From Methylococcaceae bacterium UBA2780 (GTDB taxonomy: Bacteria; Pseudomonadota; Gammaproteobacteria; Methylococcales; UBA2780): a DNA stretch of 64,000 bases. This document shows, piece after piece, positions 17,178 through 26,431 of the stretch (the stretch's first letter is position 1; every line of letters begins with the position of its first letter). The DNA lies in contig DEIG01000009.1 in assembly GCA_002352345.1 (NCBI GenBank), forward strand, positions 7,573 to 71,572, in the 5' to 3' direction. The notes beneath the pieces are model-generated. The model worked only from the letters and a program-made list of their open reading frames with translations. It searched no databases and was not told the DNA's origin. A program made the position numbers and the translations under genes.

Positions 17178-18230
17178 ATGGCAGTTATCTCACTTCGTCA
17201 ACTCCTCGATCACGCAGCAGAGCATGGTTATGGTGTTCCAGCATTTAATGTCAATAACCTGGAGCAGATGCAGGCCATCATGGAAGCAGCTGACGAGACA
17301 AATAGCCCTGTCATCGTCCAAGCCTCTGCAGGAGCCAGAAAATACGCAGGAGCCCCCTTCTTGCGCCACCTGATGGAAGCAGCTGTCGAGCTTTACCCTC
17401 ATATCCCTCTAGTAATCCACCAAGACCACGGTACTAGCCCTGCAATCTGCCAACGCTCTATTCAACTTGGTTTTACCTCTGTGATGATGGATGGCTCATT
17501 AGGTGAAGATGGGAAAACACCCACCAGCTATGAATATAACGTCGATGTAACTCGTAAAACCGTTGAAATGGCGCATGCTTGCGGTGTCTCTGTTGAAGGA
17601 GAGCTTGGCTGCTTAGGCTCATTAGAAACAGGGCAGGCAGGTGAAGAAGATGGGATTGGTGCTGAAGGCATACTTACTCACGAACAGATGCTAACCGATC
17701 CTGAAGAGGCTGCAGATTTTGTTGCTAAAACGGGGGTTGACGCCCTTGCTATTGCCATTGGCACAAGTCATGGTGCCTACAAGTTTACCCGTCCACCAAC
17801 GGGTGATGTTTTAGCGATTAGCCGGATTCGTGAAATTCACGAACGTATTCCTAACACGCACCTTGTGATGCATGGCTCTTCATCAGTTCCTCAGGACTGG
17901 CTAAAAACCATCAATGAGAATGGCGGTGATCTTGGTGAAACTTATGGCGTTCCAGTCGAAGAGATTCAGGTGGGCATTAAGAACGGTGTTCGTAAAATCA
18001 ATATTGATACCGACTTAAGAATGGCAAGTACCGGAGCGATTCGTAAGTTCCTAATCGAGAACCCAAAAGAGTTCGACCCTCGCAAATATCTAGCTGTTGC
18101 ACGCGATGCAATGAAAGGGATTTGCCTAGAGCGCTTTGAAGCTTTCGGCACTTCAGGTAATGCCTCAAAAATCACCCCAGTTTCTCTGGAAGCCGTATTT
18201 CAACAATACGAAAGTGGGCAACTCAAATAG
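17178..18230 (+). CDS. fba: class II fructose-bisphosphate aldolase (long, Calvin/RuMP-cycle subtype)
   Basis: [26 protein letters not shown]..., [24 protein letters not shown]; 350 aa. Confidence 0.93.
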   Translation: MAVISLRQLLDHAAEHGYGVPAFNVNNLEQMQAIMEAADETNSPVIVQASAGARKYAGAPFLRHLMEAAVELYPHIPLVIHQDHGTSPAICQRSIQLGFTSVMMDGSLGEDGKTPTSYEYNVDVTRKTVEMAHACGVSVEGELGCLGSLETGQAGEEDGIGAEGILTHEQMLTDPEEAADFVAKTGVDALAIAIGTSHGAYKFTRPPTGDVLAISRIREIHERIPNTHLVMHGSSSVPQDWLKTINENGGDLGETYGVPVEEIQVGIKNGVRKINIDTDLRMASTGAIRKFLIENPKEFDPRKYLAVARDAMKGICLERFEAFGTSGNASKITPVSLEAVFQQYESGQLK

Positions 18231-18732
18231 GCCAAAAGTTGGTGTAAGCAGCTGCCTACTCGGGCATCTGGTTCGTTATGATGGCAGGGAGAAGTTACAC
18301 CCTGCCATCAATCTGCTCTCCTCTCAATTTGAGCTAATAGCCCTATGCCCAGAAGTCGGCGTAGGACTAAGCGTTCCCCGCCCTCCCGTACAACTGGTTA
18401 AGCTAAACAGAGGATTATCTGCGCTGGGTGTCGAGAATCGCGAGATCGATGTAACTGATCTACTCAAAGGCTATCTACAATCACAGCTCCACATCATAAG
18501 CTCACTTTCAGGAATGATCTTAAAAACAAGATCTCCAAGTTGCGGGATTAACACCACCCCTTTATTCGACCTAAATGGAGAAGAAAGTGGCTATGGTTCA
18601 GGTCTATTTGCTGCCGGAATACAACAACAGTTTCCCTCTCTTCCATTAGCTGACGAAGAGATGCTCGAAGAGCAACTTCAGCGCGATACTTTTTTTCAAG
18701 AGGTGCGCCATTATCATGCGAGAAACAGCTAA
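18214..18732 (+). CDS. DUF523 domain protein
   Basis: [18 protein letters not shown]...LKTRSPSCG matches the DUF523 pattern. The track ORF runs back into fba, so I used the in-frame GTG at 18214. Start uncertain. Confidence 0.6.
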   Translation: MGNSNRPKVGVSSCLLGHLVRYDGREKLHPAINLLSSQFELIALCPEVGVGLSVPRPPVQLVKLNRGLSALGVENREIDVTDLLKGYLQSQLHIISSLSGMILKTRSPSCGINTTPLFDLNGEESGYGSGLFAAGIQQQFPSLPLADEEMLEEQLQRDTFFQEVRHYHARNS

Positions 18733-18734
18733 TC

Positions 18735-19253
18735 CTATGGTGCTACAGAAATAAGCTCTCTAAGATAACGAAATAGGATTCGTGAGGTTTTTGGGGGCTT
18801 TTGCCGCTTAATCTCCTGCTGCGCAGAGCGAATCATCTGCCTTAATGACTGCCTATCCGCACCAGAAAATTGATTAAGAAAATCACTAAGCGCTGCATCT
18901 CCCTCTTCTAGCAGGCGATCTCGCCACAGCTCGGCCTGATGGAGCTCTCTTACTGCCTCAGCACTAGCATTATTGATACGCTCCAGATAATCAATCATTG
19001 GCTGGCAATCCATCGATCTCAGCAGCTTACCGACATATTTTATCTGACGCTTGTAAGCCCCCTTCTTAGACTGACGAGCCAACAAGAGCGCTAACTTAAG
19101 CTCCTCAGGAAAACCTGCCGATTCAATCTTTTCCGCAGACAATTCGGCCAGCTCCCCGCCCAATTTCTGAAGCTCTACACTTTCACGCTTCAGTTGGCTT
19201 TTGCTGACCAGATCCTCATCAATAAATTCTGCATCTTCGCGCCCATTACTCAT
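18735..19253 (-). CDS. yjgA: ribosome-associated protein YjgA (DUF615)
   Basis: SKSQLKRESVELQKLGGELAEL...KRQIKYVGKLLR...; typical YjgA length and charge pattern. Confidence 0.8.
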   Translation of the reverse strand: MSNGREDAEFIDEDLVSKSQLKRESVELQKLGGELAELSAEKIESAGFPEELKLALLLARQSKKGAYKRQIKYVGKLLRSMDCQPMIDYLERINNASAEAVRELHQAELWRDRLLEEGDAALSDFLNQFSGADRQSLRQMIRSAQQEIKRQKPPKTSRILFRYLRELISVAP

Positions 19254-19267
19254 TCAATCTTCCCGCT

Positions 19268-19474
19268 TTAAACCATCATGATCAGAAATAAAACAAACAA
19301 CACCACTGCCGTCATTGGTAGCAAGAAACCAGCCCAATCTTTCTCAGCCTGCTGGCTTTGCGCTAAAGCACCCTTAATCCCCGGCCCAAACCAGAATAAA
19401 ACAAGTACCGCCATTGCACTTATTAGAACCAATTCCCAAGTTGATAACTCGTTCACGTTTAACCTTCCTACCAT
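19268..19474 (-). CDS. small two-TM membrane protein (hypothetical)
   Basis: 62-68 aa with two hydrophobic helices, 15 nt upstream of yjgA. The alternative GTG start at 19456 has an AGGAAGG SD. Confidence 0.45.
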   Translation of the reverse strand: MVGRLNVNELSTWELVLISAMAVLVLFWFGPGIKGALAQSQQAEKDWAGFLLPMTAVVLFVLFLIMMV

Positions 19475-19480
19475 AAAACA

Positions 19481-19510
19481 AAAACCCAGCAGAAATTCTA
19501 CTGGGTTTTT
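19481..19510 (-). terminator. rho-independent terminator after the SDR gene (first of two tandem hairpins)
   Basis: acccag/ctgggt stem with flanking A/T runs (minus strand reads ...cccagtagaatttctgctgggtttttgtttt). A second hairpin cccaagaag/cttcttggg lies at 19523-19548. Confidence 0.6.
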
Positions 19511-19616
19511 GTTTTATTACTACCCAAGAAGACTAATGCCTTCTTGGGCAACTAGACTAAATTACACCCCAAGGGTATAAATTGCGTAGAAACGGAGTAC
19601 CCCCGTTTAACTCAAA

Positions 19617-20411
19617 TTAGCCTTTAGAACCGAGACGAAGACCACCGTTGATGTGGTAAACCTCTGCATTCATCGCTTCATTCTTGTAGATATCACCAGC
19701 CAACTGAGCAATCTCTTCAGGCTCAATCAAACGACCCATTGGGACAGTTGAAAGTACTTTATCAAGCGCTGATTGGTTCATGTTTTTGACCATGTCAGTT
19801 CCAACATAACCTGGAGCAACAGCAACACAACGAATTTTGTCAGAAATACCACGACGAAAGAATTCTGCCGTTACAACTTTTGGCATAGTAGACATTGCCG
19901 CTTTTGTTGAAGAGTAGTTAATTTGACCCGCTGTTCCTAAAGAACCAACAGATGAAACTAGACAAATCAGACCTTTGCAATCATTGTTGATCATGCGCTC
20001 TGAACACTCACGGATTGTTAGAAAAACACCCGTCAAATTAACGTTAATTACCTTTTGGAAATCACCCAAAGACATTTTTCTAGTCACTTTTCCAGTTTCT
20101 CTATCAGGAGAGACCATCATGCCGTCAGCAATAATGCCGGCGAAAGGTGCGACAAGGTTGATTGCACCAAATTTCTCAATTGCTGTATCGGCAAGTTTCG
20201 CGCAATCATCTTCGTCTGTCACATTGCAAACAACGATCGCCACTTCACCACCTATAGCACGCAATTCTGCCGCTGCTTTTTCGAGTGGCTCTTGAGCCAT
20301 ATCACCTAGAACAACTTTTCCGCCATTGTTAACCCAATGTTTTGCCAACGAAAAACCGATGCCACCTGCACCACCTGTAATTACCGCAACCGAATCTTTG
20401 ATTTCTAGCAT
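19617..20411 (-). CDS. SDR family oxidoreductase
   Basis: TGGAGGIG Rossmann motif, NLVAPFAG, YSSTKAA catalytic YxxxK. The start was trimmed to the ATG at 20411 (GAGG SD) from the track's GTG start. Confidence 0.88.
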   Translation of the reverse strand: MLEIKDSVAVITGGAGGIGFSLAKHWVNNGGKVVLGDMAQEPLEKAAAELRAIGGEVAIVVCNVTDEDDCAKLADTAIEKFGAINLVAPFAGIIADGMMVSPDRETGKVTRKMSLGDFQKVINVNLTGVFLTIRECSERMINNDCKGLICLVSSVGSLGTAGQINYSSTKAAMSTMPKVVTAEFFRRGISDKIRCVAVAPGYVGTDMVKNMNQSALDKVLSTVPMGRLIEPEEIAQLAGDIYKNEAMNAEVYHINGGLRLGSKG

Positions 20412-20588
20412 TCCAAAAACCTCTGTATGATGAATAAAAGCCACCTGTTGCTATAAAGTGCAATACAGATGGATAACCAAGTGTTAGCCCGACCTATTAA
20501 CAAGTTATAGGCAAAACAAATGGCGTTTGTGCACCGCAATAATACCCGAACCTCTGCTGCACCGCAATGGTTGATTTAGAAGCAGATT

Positions 20589-21113
20589 ATGAGCAATCAA
20601 AACCAAGAGCAAAGCGCCAAAATTGGCAAGGGAATGATCTATGCTGCGTGGATCATCGCATTATTGATGCTTACATGGCTCTTTGATAGCTATCTGGACA
20701 GGCAATACAATCCAAACCAGATGGCTATTAGCGACCTAAATAGCAGTGGCGAGCGGATAATTACACTCCAGCAAAACCGACAAGGCCACTATGTCGCAAC
20801 CGGCTTCATCAATGAGCATGAAGTCACTTTTCTACTTGATACTGGCGCTACAATTATTAGCATTCCTGGAAATTTAGCCGGCCAACTCAACCTACCTATT
20901 GGCCCCGCGCAGAAAGTTAGAACAGCTAACGGTGATACTATCGCGTATAGAACCACGCTCGATAGTGTTCAGCTAGGAAGTATTAGGCTGCACAAGCTAA
21001 AAGCCACCATTGCGCCACAGATGGCGGGAGATGGGGTTTTGCTAGGCATGAATTTCATGAGACAGCTGGAAATGATCCAACGCAACAATAAATTAACGCT
21101 AATACAACATTAA
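20589..21113 (+). CDS. retropepsin-like (clan AA) aspartic protease, membrane anchored
   Basis: N-terminal TM segment. FLLDTGATIISIP (DTG active site). GMNFMRQL flap/C-terminal motif typical of the TIGR02281-type family. Confidence 0.75.
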   Translation: MSNQNQEQSAKIGKGMIYAAWIIALLMLTWLFDSYLDRQYNPNQMAISDLNSSGERIITLQQNRQGHYVATGFINEHEVTFLLDTGATIISIPGNLAGQLNLPIGPAQKVRTANGDTIAYRTTLDSVQLGSIRLHKLKATIAPQMAGDGVLLGMNFMRQLEMIQRNNKLTLIQH

Positions 21114-21114
21114 A

Positions 21115-22032
21115 ATGAAAGCTCCCCTTAATGCTTTGTACCTACTGCTTTTAGCCGCATTACCATCTGCCTCGCTAGCACAAACCTATCCCCTTCCCCC
21201 TATAGACAACCAGCTAATTGGCCAAATCCAAACAGCAACTGCGAAACATGAAGACACGCTGCTAGATATTGCCCGTCACTATGGTATTGGGCAAAAAGAG
21301 ATCTTGCTTGCGAACAAAAAAGCCGATCGCTGGCTTCCAGGCGATGGCACAAAGGTAACTATCCCTTCGCGCTTCATCCTTCCGAAGGCACCAAGAAAGG
21401 GGATTGTTCTTAACGTTCCGGAAATGCGCCTTTACCAATTTAAAAAATCAAAGAATGGCGGCCCAGCAACCGTCACCACACACCCTGTCAGCATTGGAAG
21501 AATGGATTGGACAACCCCTTTAGGGAAAACCCGGATCATCCAGAAAAAAGAGAATCCTGTCTGGCGCCCTCCAGAATCAATAAAAAAAGAACATGCCGAA
21601 AAAGGAGAGATTCTTCCTGATGTCGTTCCAGCCGGTCCCGATAACCCATTAGGGCTTTTTGCACTTCGGCTTGGAATTCCTGGCTATCTAATTCACAGCA
21701 CAAACAAACCATTTGGCGTAGGGATGCGCGTTAGTCACGGTTGCGTACGGATGTACCCTGAAGACATAGAAAAGCTGTTTCAACAGGTGAAGGTAGGCAC
21801 ACCCGTTCTGATAACAAACCAACCCATTAAAGTAGGCTGGTTTGCTGGCAAGCTTTACATTGAAGTTCACCCCGCTTTGGATGAAGAGGCAATTCCATAC
21901 GAAGAGCAACTTCCTGTTGTGCTTAACCTAATTGAGGAGGCGAACAACGCACAACTCCCCACACTAGATGGTTTTACCCTAAAAAAAGCATTAATAGAAC
22001 AAAGCGGCATTCCAGTTCAGATAACAAAATAA
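21115..22032 (+). CDS. L,D-transpeptidase with LysM domain (YkuD/ErfK family)
   Basis: Signal peptide. LysM (HEDTLLDIARHYGIGQKEILLAN). YkuD catalytic motif LIHSTNKPFGVGMRVSHGCVRM. Confidence 0.9.
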   Translation: MKAPLNALYLLLLAALPSASLAQTYPLPPIDNQLIGQIQTATAKHEDTLLDIARHYGIGQKEILLANKKADRWLPGDGTKVTIPSRFILPKAPRKGIVLNVPEMRLYQFKKSKNGGPATVTTHPVSIGRMDWTTPLGKTRIIQKKENPVWRPPESIKKEHAEKGEILPDVVPAGPDNPLGLFALRLGIPGYLIHSTNKPFGVGMRVSHGCVRMYPEDIEKLFQQVKVGTPVLITNQPIKVGWFAGKLYIEVHPALDEEAIPYEEQLPVVLNLIEEANNAQLPTLDGFTLKKALIEQSGIPVQITK

Positions 22033-22106
22033 AGCCCCGCAACCATTTGGTTAGCGAGGCTCCATCTTTGAATAAAAGCTTACCCAGTAATCCGGGCTTT
22101 AAGCTT

Positions 22107-22367
22107 TTATTTAGACATCGACTTCTTGAACATACGGTCCAATTTAGCACTAGTCTCATTTGCTGCCGCTTCTGCCGCTTCTGCCGCACGCTCGGCCGCA
22201 CTTGCTGATGCCGCTGCTTGGTCAGCCGCAGATGATGTTGCAGCTGTTTGTGCTTTCACATCATCAATTTGAGATTGTAAGTTTGCAATATCACCATTAC
22301 TTGCACAACCAACAACCAAACCACCACATAATGCCAAAATAGCTAATTTTGCTGTCTTTTTAACCAT
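22107..22367 (-). CDS. lpp: Lpp-type murein lipoprotein
   Basis: Lipobox LVVGC. Ala-rich coiled coil (DDVKAQTAATSSAADQAAASASAAERAAEAAEAAANE). C-terminal ...SMSK with terminal Lys. Confidence 0.75.
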   Translation of the reverse strand: MVKKTAKLAILALCGGLVVGCASNGDIANLQSQIDDVKAQTAATSSAADQAAASASAAERAAEAAEAAANETSAKLDRMFKKSMSK

Positions 22368-22496
22368 TGTCCGCCTCTCCGTTAATTTCCTAGATATTAA
22401 ATCAATAACTGTAACTCATACACAGTGACCGCTAGTGTGCCTTGAATTGCAAACTCTTTCCAGCCTATCGGCATAATATGCCTAATTGCTCCCATT

Positions 22497-23075
22497 TTAA
22501 ACCACAACTACGCGCATCCCCCTAAAAACCCACTCATTAAGGCTATCCACCTGCTCATTTGTTAACGCAATACAGCCACCGGTCCAATTTACTGCATGAT
22601 GTATTACGGGGTCTGCGCTTCCAAGCCCATGAATCCCAATTTGGCCACCTAAAGAGCTATTTTGCGGCGGAACCCTGCCCAGCTCTTTTGCCGCTCTGAT
22701 CTCATAATACATTTTGAAATCAATTTTTCCGCCTGCGAAGCCTCTCTTTGCAATCTCCAATGAGGGATAGGTGAAGCCAAAGAAGAGGTGATAGCGACTA
22801 TTCCGGTTAATCCAACCAATCTTAAAGGTTCCTAACGGTGTCTTTTCATCACCTCTCTCTTTATCTATTCCCGCACCATTTTTTCCGATCGAGATATTTT
22901 CATATACCACCTCGACCTTTTCCCCACGCATCACTTTTAAAAGCAATTTATCGGTATCGATTAACAACCAAAGCGAATCATTTTCTGACGCCAATACCGT
23001 TAGTGGTGCCATCAACAGACCGACAAACAGAACCTTCACAATGCTCGAGCAAGATTTCCTCAGAAGAGTTAGCAT
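22497..23075 (-). CDS. L,D-transpeptidase family protein (YkuD domain)
   Basis: Signal peptide. GIHGLGSADPVIHHAVNWTGGCIALTNEQ (His/Cys catalytic motif). Confidence 0.8.
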   Translation of the reverse strand: MLTLLRKSCSSIVKVLFVGLLMAPLTVLASENDSLWLLIDTDKLLLKVMRGEKVEVVYENISIGKNGAGIDKERGDEKTPLGTFKIGWINRNSRYHLFFGFTYPSLEIAKRGFAGGKIDFKMYYEIRAAKELGRVPPQNSSLGGQIGIHGLGSADPVIHHAVNWTGGCIALTNEQVDSLNEWVFRGMRVVVV

Positions 23076-23078
23076 TGC

Positions 23079-23297
23079 TCAATAGTGGGGTGGAGGCGGC
23101 TCTTCTGGCTCAACACCATCAAATAGAGATTGGCTTGATTGCCCTTTCTCTTCTAAATGAATTAATGCTTGCTCAAGCTGGTCAATTTTATTTTGCTGTT
23201 CAATAATTACTTCATTTAGAACCGCAATCGTCTCATCCTGAAAAGAAATTCTCATTTCAATTTCAGCAATGCGCTTTTCCATACCCGTTTCTCTCAA
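23079..23297 (-). CDS. slyX: SlyX family protein
   Basis: 72 aa coiled coil, RIAEIEMRISFQDETIAVLNEVIIEQQNKIDQLEQ. Confidence 0.8.
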   Translation of the reverse strand: MRETGMEKRIAEIEMRISFQDETIAVLNEVIIEQQNKIDQLEQALIHLEEKGQSSQSLFDGVEPEEPPPPHY

Positions 23298-23725
23298 CTA
23301 AAAATGTAAATAATGAAAGCATATCGAGCCAGCTTACCCAACGCAATCATCAACACGGAGATTGTAAGTGGCAACCTTAGCCAACCCGCAGCAAAGCAGA
23401 GTGCATCCCCTATAACTGGCAGCCATGAAAAAACTAGAATAACTGGCCCCCACACTCTAACTAGAGAGAGCGCCCGCTCGTTTCTACCGTGAAGCGCTTT
23501 TTCTACAGAATAGCCTCGCGCTGTTAATACACCCAAGTACCAAGTTGTTAATGCTCCCAACGTATTTCCGAGTGTCGCAGCAGAGAGAAGGTTCACTGAT
23601 GAAAAGCTCCCTTCCACCAGCAGGTAAATAAGCGCTGCCTCAGATCCACCTGGGGCAATTGTTGATGAGACAAATGCGCTCACAAACAGACCAATAAGGC
23701 CATATTCCACTATTAAATTTTGCAC
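23294..23725 (-). CDS. YqaA family (DedA/SNARE-associated) membrane protein
   Basis: 143 aa, 4 TM segments, YGLIGLFVSAFVSSTIAPGGSEAAL...; 4-nt overlap with slyX. Confidence 0.75.
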   Translation of the reverse strand: MQNLIVEYGLIGLFVSAFVSSTIAPGGSEAALIYLLVEGSFSSVNLLSAATLGNTLGALTTWYLGVLTARGYSVEKALHGRNERALSLVRVWGPVILVFSWLPVIGDALCFAAGWLRLPLTISVLMIALGKLARYAFIIYIFS

Positions 23726-23788
23726 TGTTTCCCAAATAAAAAACCCTCTCTCACCAATGCAAAAGAGGGTTTTGCTATAAAAGTAGTG

Positions 23789-24604
23789 TTATTTTTTAGA
23801 TGGTTTCATCCGCTTATAGGAATCTGGGTATATTGATCCAGAAATTCCAGGGATGCTCGGCAAGTCACCACTTCCGCCATTAACTTTAAACTGCCCTTTC
23901 ATTCCCTTCTGCATATGCTGTGAAATGTCACAATGCACTAGCATTGTTTTTGCGTCACTCGCCACAATAAAGGTTCCAGTTCTTTCACCCGGTCCATTCA
24001 CCTCCAGATGAAACATCCCTTCAGGATATATATACTTTGGCAAGCCATGCATCATCCATTGATGCCGAACGCTGTCCTCATTGATAAATCTTACCGTCAC
24101 TCGACTACATGGCTTAACATTCCACTCGTTGCTATCAAAACCAAATATTGTCCCGTTATGGGTCGCATGTGCTGTACCTGCTTTTACGGTAAAACTAACA
24201 TCTTCTGATATTTTTTTGCAGTCACGAGGCAACGTGTCACTATTGGCATTCATTACCATGCCCTTTTCATCCATATCCATGCCGGCCATACCCATATCGG
24301 CACCACAGCTTCCCTCACCCATCTTCATTCCTGCGCCGCATTTTCCTTCAGCCATTTTGGCGGCCTCACCTTTTCCTCCTTCAGCTACCGGCGCTTTTGT
24401 CTTGCCCATACTTCCACATTTTCCTTCGCCGCATTTACCCTCTGGCATCTTGACTGTTTCAGCCTCTGCAAGCATATAGCCTGAAGCCAAATCATTTGTA
24501 GAAAACAGTTCCTCTGAGCATTGAGCTGCCATTGGCAACCCGACAGATGCTGTAGCAACCGCCGACCCTACCAATATACTTGATGATTTATTTAATCTTT
24601 TCAT
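23789..24604 (-). CDS. secreted cupredoxin-domain protein with N-terminal EGKCG-repeat / Met-rich low-complexity segment
   Basis: ATG at 24604 with a GAGGAA SD; the track start is a TTG at 24637. Signal peptide MKRLNKSSSILVGSAVATASVGLPMAAQ. Then PEGKCGEGKCGS...AEGKCGAG..GEGSCGADMGMAGMDMDEKGMVM. The C-terminal ~150 aa are beta-rich with type-1 Cu-like ligands (RHQWMMHG ... HCDISQHMQKGM, spacing C-x4-H-x4-M). Confidence 0.8.
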   Translation of the reverse strand: MKRLNKSSSILVGSAVATASVGLPMAAQCSEELFSTNDLASGYMLAEAETVKMPEGKCGEGKCGSMGKTKAPVAEGGKGEAAKMAEGKCGAGMKMGEGSCGADMGMAGMDMDEKGMVMNANSDTLPRDCKKISEDVSFTVKAGTAHATHNGTIFGFDSNEWNVKPCSRVTVRFINEDSVRHQWMMHGLPKYIYPEGMFHLEVNGPGERTGTFIVASDAKTMLVHCDISQHMQKGMKGQFKVNGGSGDLPSIPGISGSIYPDSYKRMKPSKK

Positions 24605-24639
24605 TACAATTTCCTCTTCAGTAAAAGTCGCTCCCAACC

Positions 24640-26247
24640 TTATTGGTTACGATCAACTATTCCGAATTTGTCTGCATTCTCTAAAGTCCCCCAAACAGGA
24701 TAAGTTCTGTCGTAGTACTCATTTGTGAAGAACTTGGTCAGATCCGTTCCATTTACTCTTGGCAACCCATTTTCGGTTAGGAAACTTTCGTAAACGATCA
24801 CGCTGACGTTACCACCTGGCATAGCGCTATCTGTTGTTATTCCAAATTCATTATGGTCATGAAACAACCAGACACCTTCGCCATAGTTATGCAAACCGTC
24901 ATTAGTCGTATTCAGCTCAAGATCAACCCGCTGCGCGCCCATTAGGGAATAAATATCACGCGTAATTTGTGCGCTAGGGTTATGCTCAATACCATCATAA
25001 TGAGTAATCGTCGCCTTATGCCCATGCGTATGCATTGCAAGCATATCTTCTCCACCATTAAACATTCGTAACTTAACCTTCTCATTTGGGGCCACAATAA
25101 CCAATGACTCGGGAATGGTATAAGGGAAGGATTTTCCGTTTAACGTGAAGTATTCAGGCTTTCTGTCCGCAAGTTTGTAATGCTGATTCATTGCCTCTGC
25201 AATCAATCGTGGATCGTTATACTGCTGTATGATGTTATGCAATTCTTTGTCGGACCCAATATATTGCAGGTCATACTCACGATCATAAACCTCTTTAATG
25301 GCGACAGATGAATGTCTTACATGGCCATCGCCAACATTGAATGTTTGCACCCAATTATTAGGTCTGTTCTCTTCAATGATGAACATCCCAATTAACCCCA
25401 TTAGAATATGCGTGCCAGTTTGTACATGACAATGGTAAACCATTGTTCCTGTCTGCCTAGGTTGAAAACGGTAGGTGAAACTCTCTCCAGGTTGAACCAT
25501 CGCCCCTTCAGGTGATGGAAAGGTTTGAGGGACACCATCATTCCCACTTCCATCTTCCTGCATATATGGGTGATCAACACCATGCAAATGGATTGTATGT
25601 GGAAAATAGTGTGTGTTTTCTAATACAAGCTCAATCTTATCTCCCTGTTCTACTCTGATCGCAGGAGATGGCATACGTATATATGGATTCGCGTAAGTTG
25701 TCTCATTATTCGCTACAACCATACCTCGAGTTTTCGGTGCAAACACCCAAAATCCTGGTTGCACACCTGGTGCAATATCGTAAGCTGGGAATGGCGTATC
25801 TAAATCGGGGTCTCGTCCATTTATCTCTGCAACTTCTAGACGAATTCTTATAACATCAGGGTCACCATCACCATCAAGATCGTCACCTTTTGTGACGGTA
25901 TCAGGTGAAAGTTGCGTTTCCATTAAAGTCGCCATTGAGACATTATTCGTCCCCTTAACGAAGGTAGCGATATCAAAGGGGTTATCTGGACTGCACAGTT
26001 TTGAGGCAGAAATTTCAACACCTTCAATAACCTGCTTTTCACGCCAGCTAGCATCAATTGTTTCAGGACAGACCTCAGCCATCCTGACTTTGCCCATTTC
26101 TGCTTTTTGTGTCGGAGGTGGCTCTTTGTATGCAGGAATAGATATAGTTTTCCCGCTGTCTGTTTTTAGAGAGCTACCATTCTCACAGGCAGTTAACAGC
26201 CCCATAGAAACTACGACAGCTGTTGCTAACACATTTCTTTTTATCAT
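24640..26247 (-). CDS. multicopper oxidase family lipoprotein (two-domain-type motif arrangement)
   Basis: Lipobox LLTAC. Cu motifs in order: HTIHLHG, YHCHVQTGTHILMGLIGM, AMHTHGH, WLFHDH. Acidic DDLDGDGDPD loop in a ~190-aa N-terminal extension. Confidence 0.85.
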   Translation of the reverse strand: MIKRNVLATAVVVSMGLLTACENGSSLKTDSGKTISIPAYKEPPPTQKAEMGKVRMAEVCPETIDASWREKQVIEGVEISASKLCSPDNPFDIATFVKGTNNVSMATLMETQLSPDTVTKGDDLDGDGDPDVIRIRLEVAEINGRDPDLDTPFPAYDIAPGVQPGFWVFAPKTRGMVVANNETTYANPYIRMPSPAIRVEQGDKIELVLENTHYFPHTIHLHGVDHPYMQEDGSGNDGVPQTFPSPEGAMVQPGESFTYRFQPRQTGTMVYHCHVQTGTHILMGLIGMFIIEENRPNNWVQTFNVGDGHVRHSSVAIKEVYDREYDLQYIGSDKELHNIIQQYNDPRLIAEAMNQHYKLADRKPEYFTLNGKSFPYTIPESLVIVAPNEKVKLRMFNGGEDMLAMHTHGHKATITHYDGIEHNPSAQITRDIYSLMGAQRVDLELNTTNDGLHNYGEGVWLFHDHNEFGITTDSAMPGGNVSVIVYESFLTENGLPRVNGTDLTKFFTNEYYDRTYPVWGTLENADKFGIVDRNQ

Positions 26248-26431
26248 TTTCTTTTACCTCCAAACTCATTCATCGCACCAACAGTCTAAAGCCATTTTCG
26301 CGAAGTGTTTTCACAGCCAATCAATATGCAACGGGCATTTAACGAGCTATGGTTGAATTCCCCTGGGGAGGTCTCTTTTCACACAAAAGATGCTTGGCTT
26401 TATTATTTTAATTCGCCATTACATCAGATTT

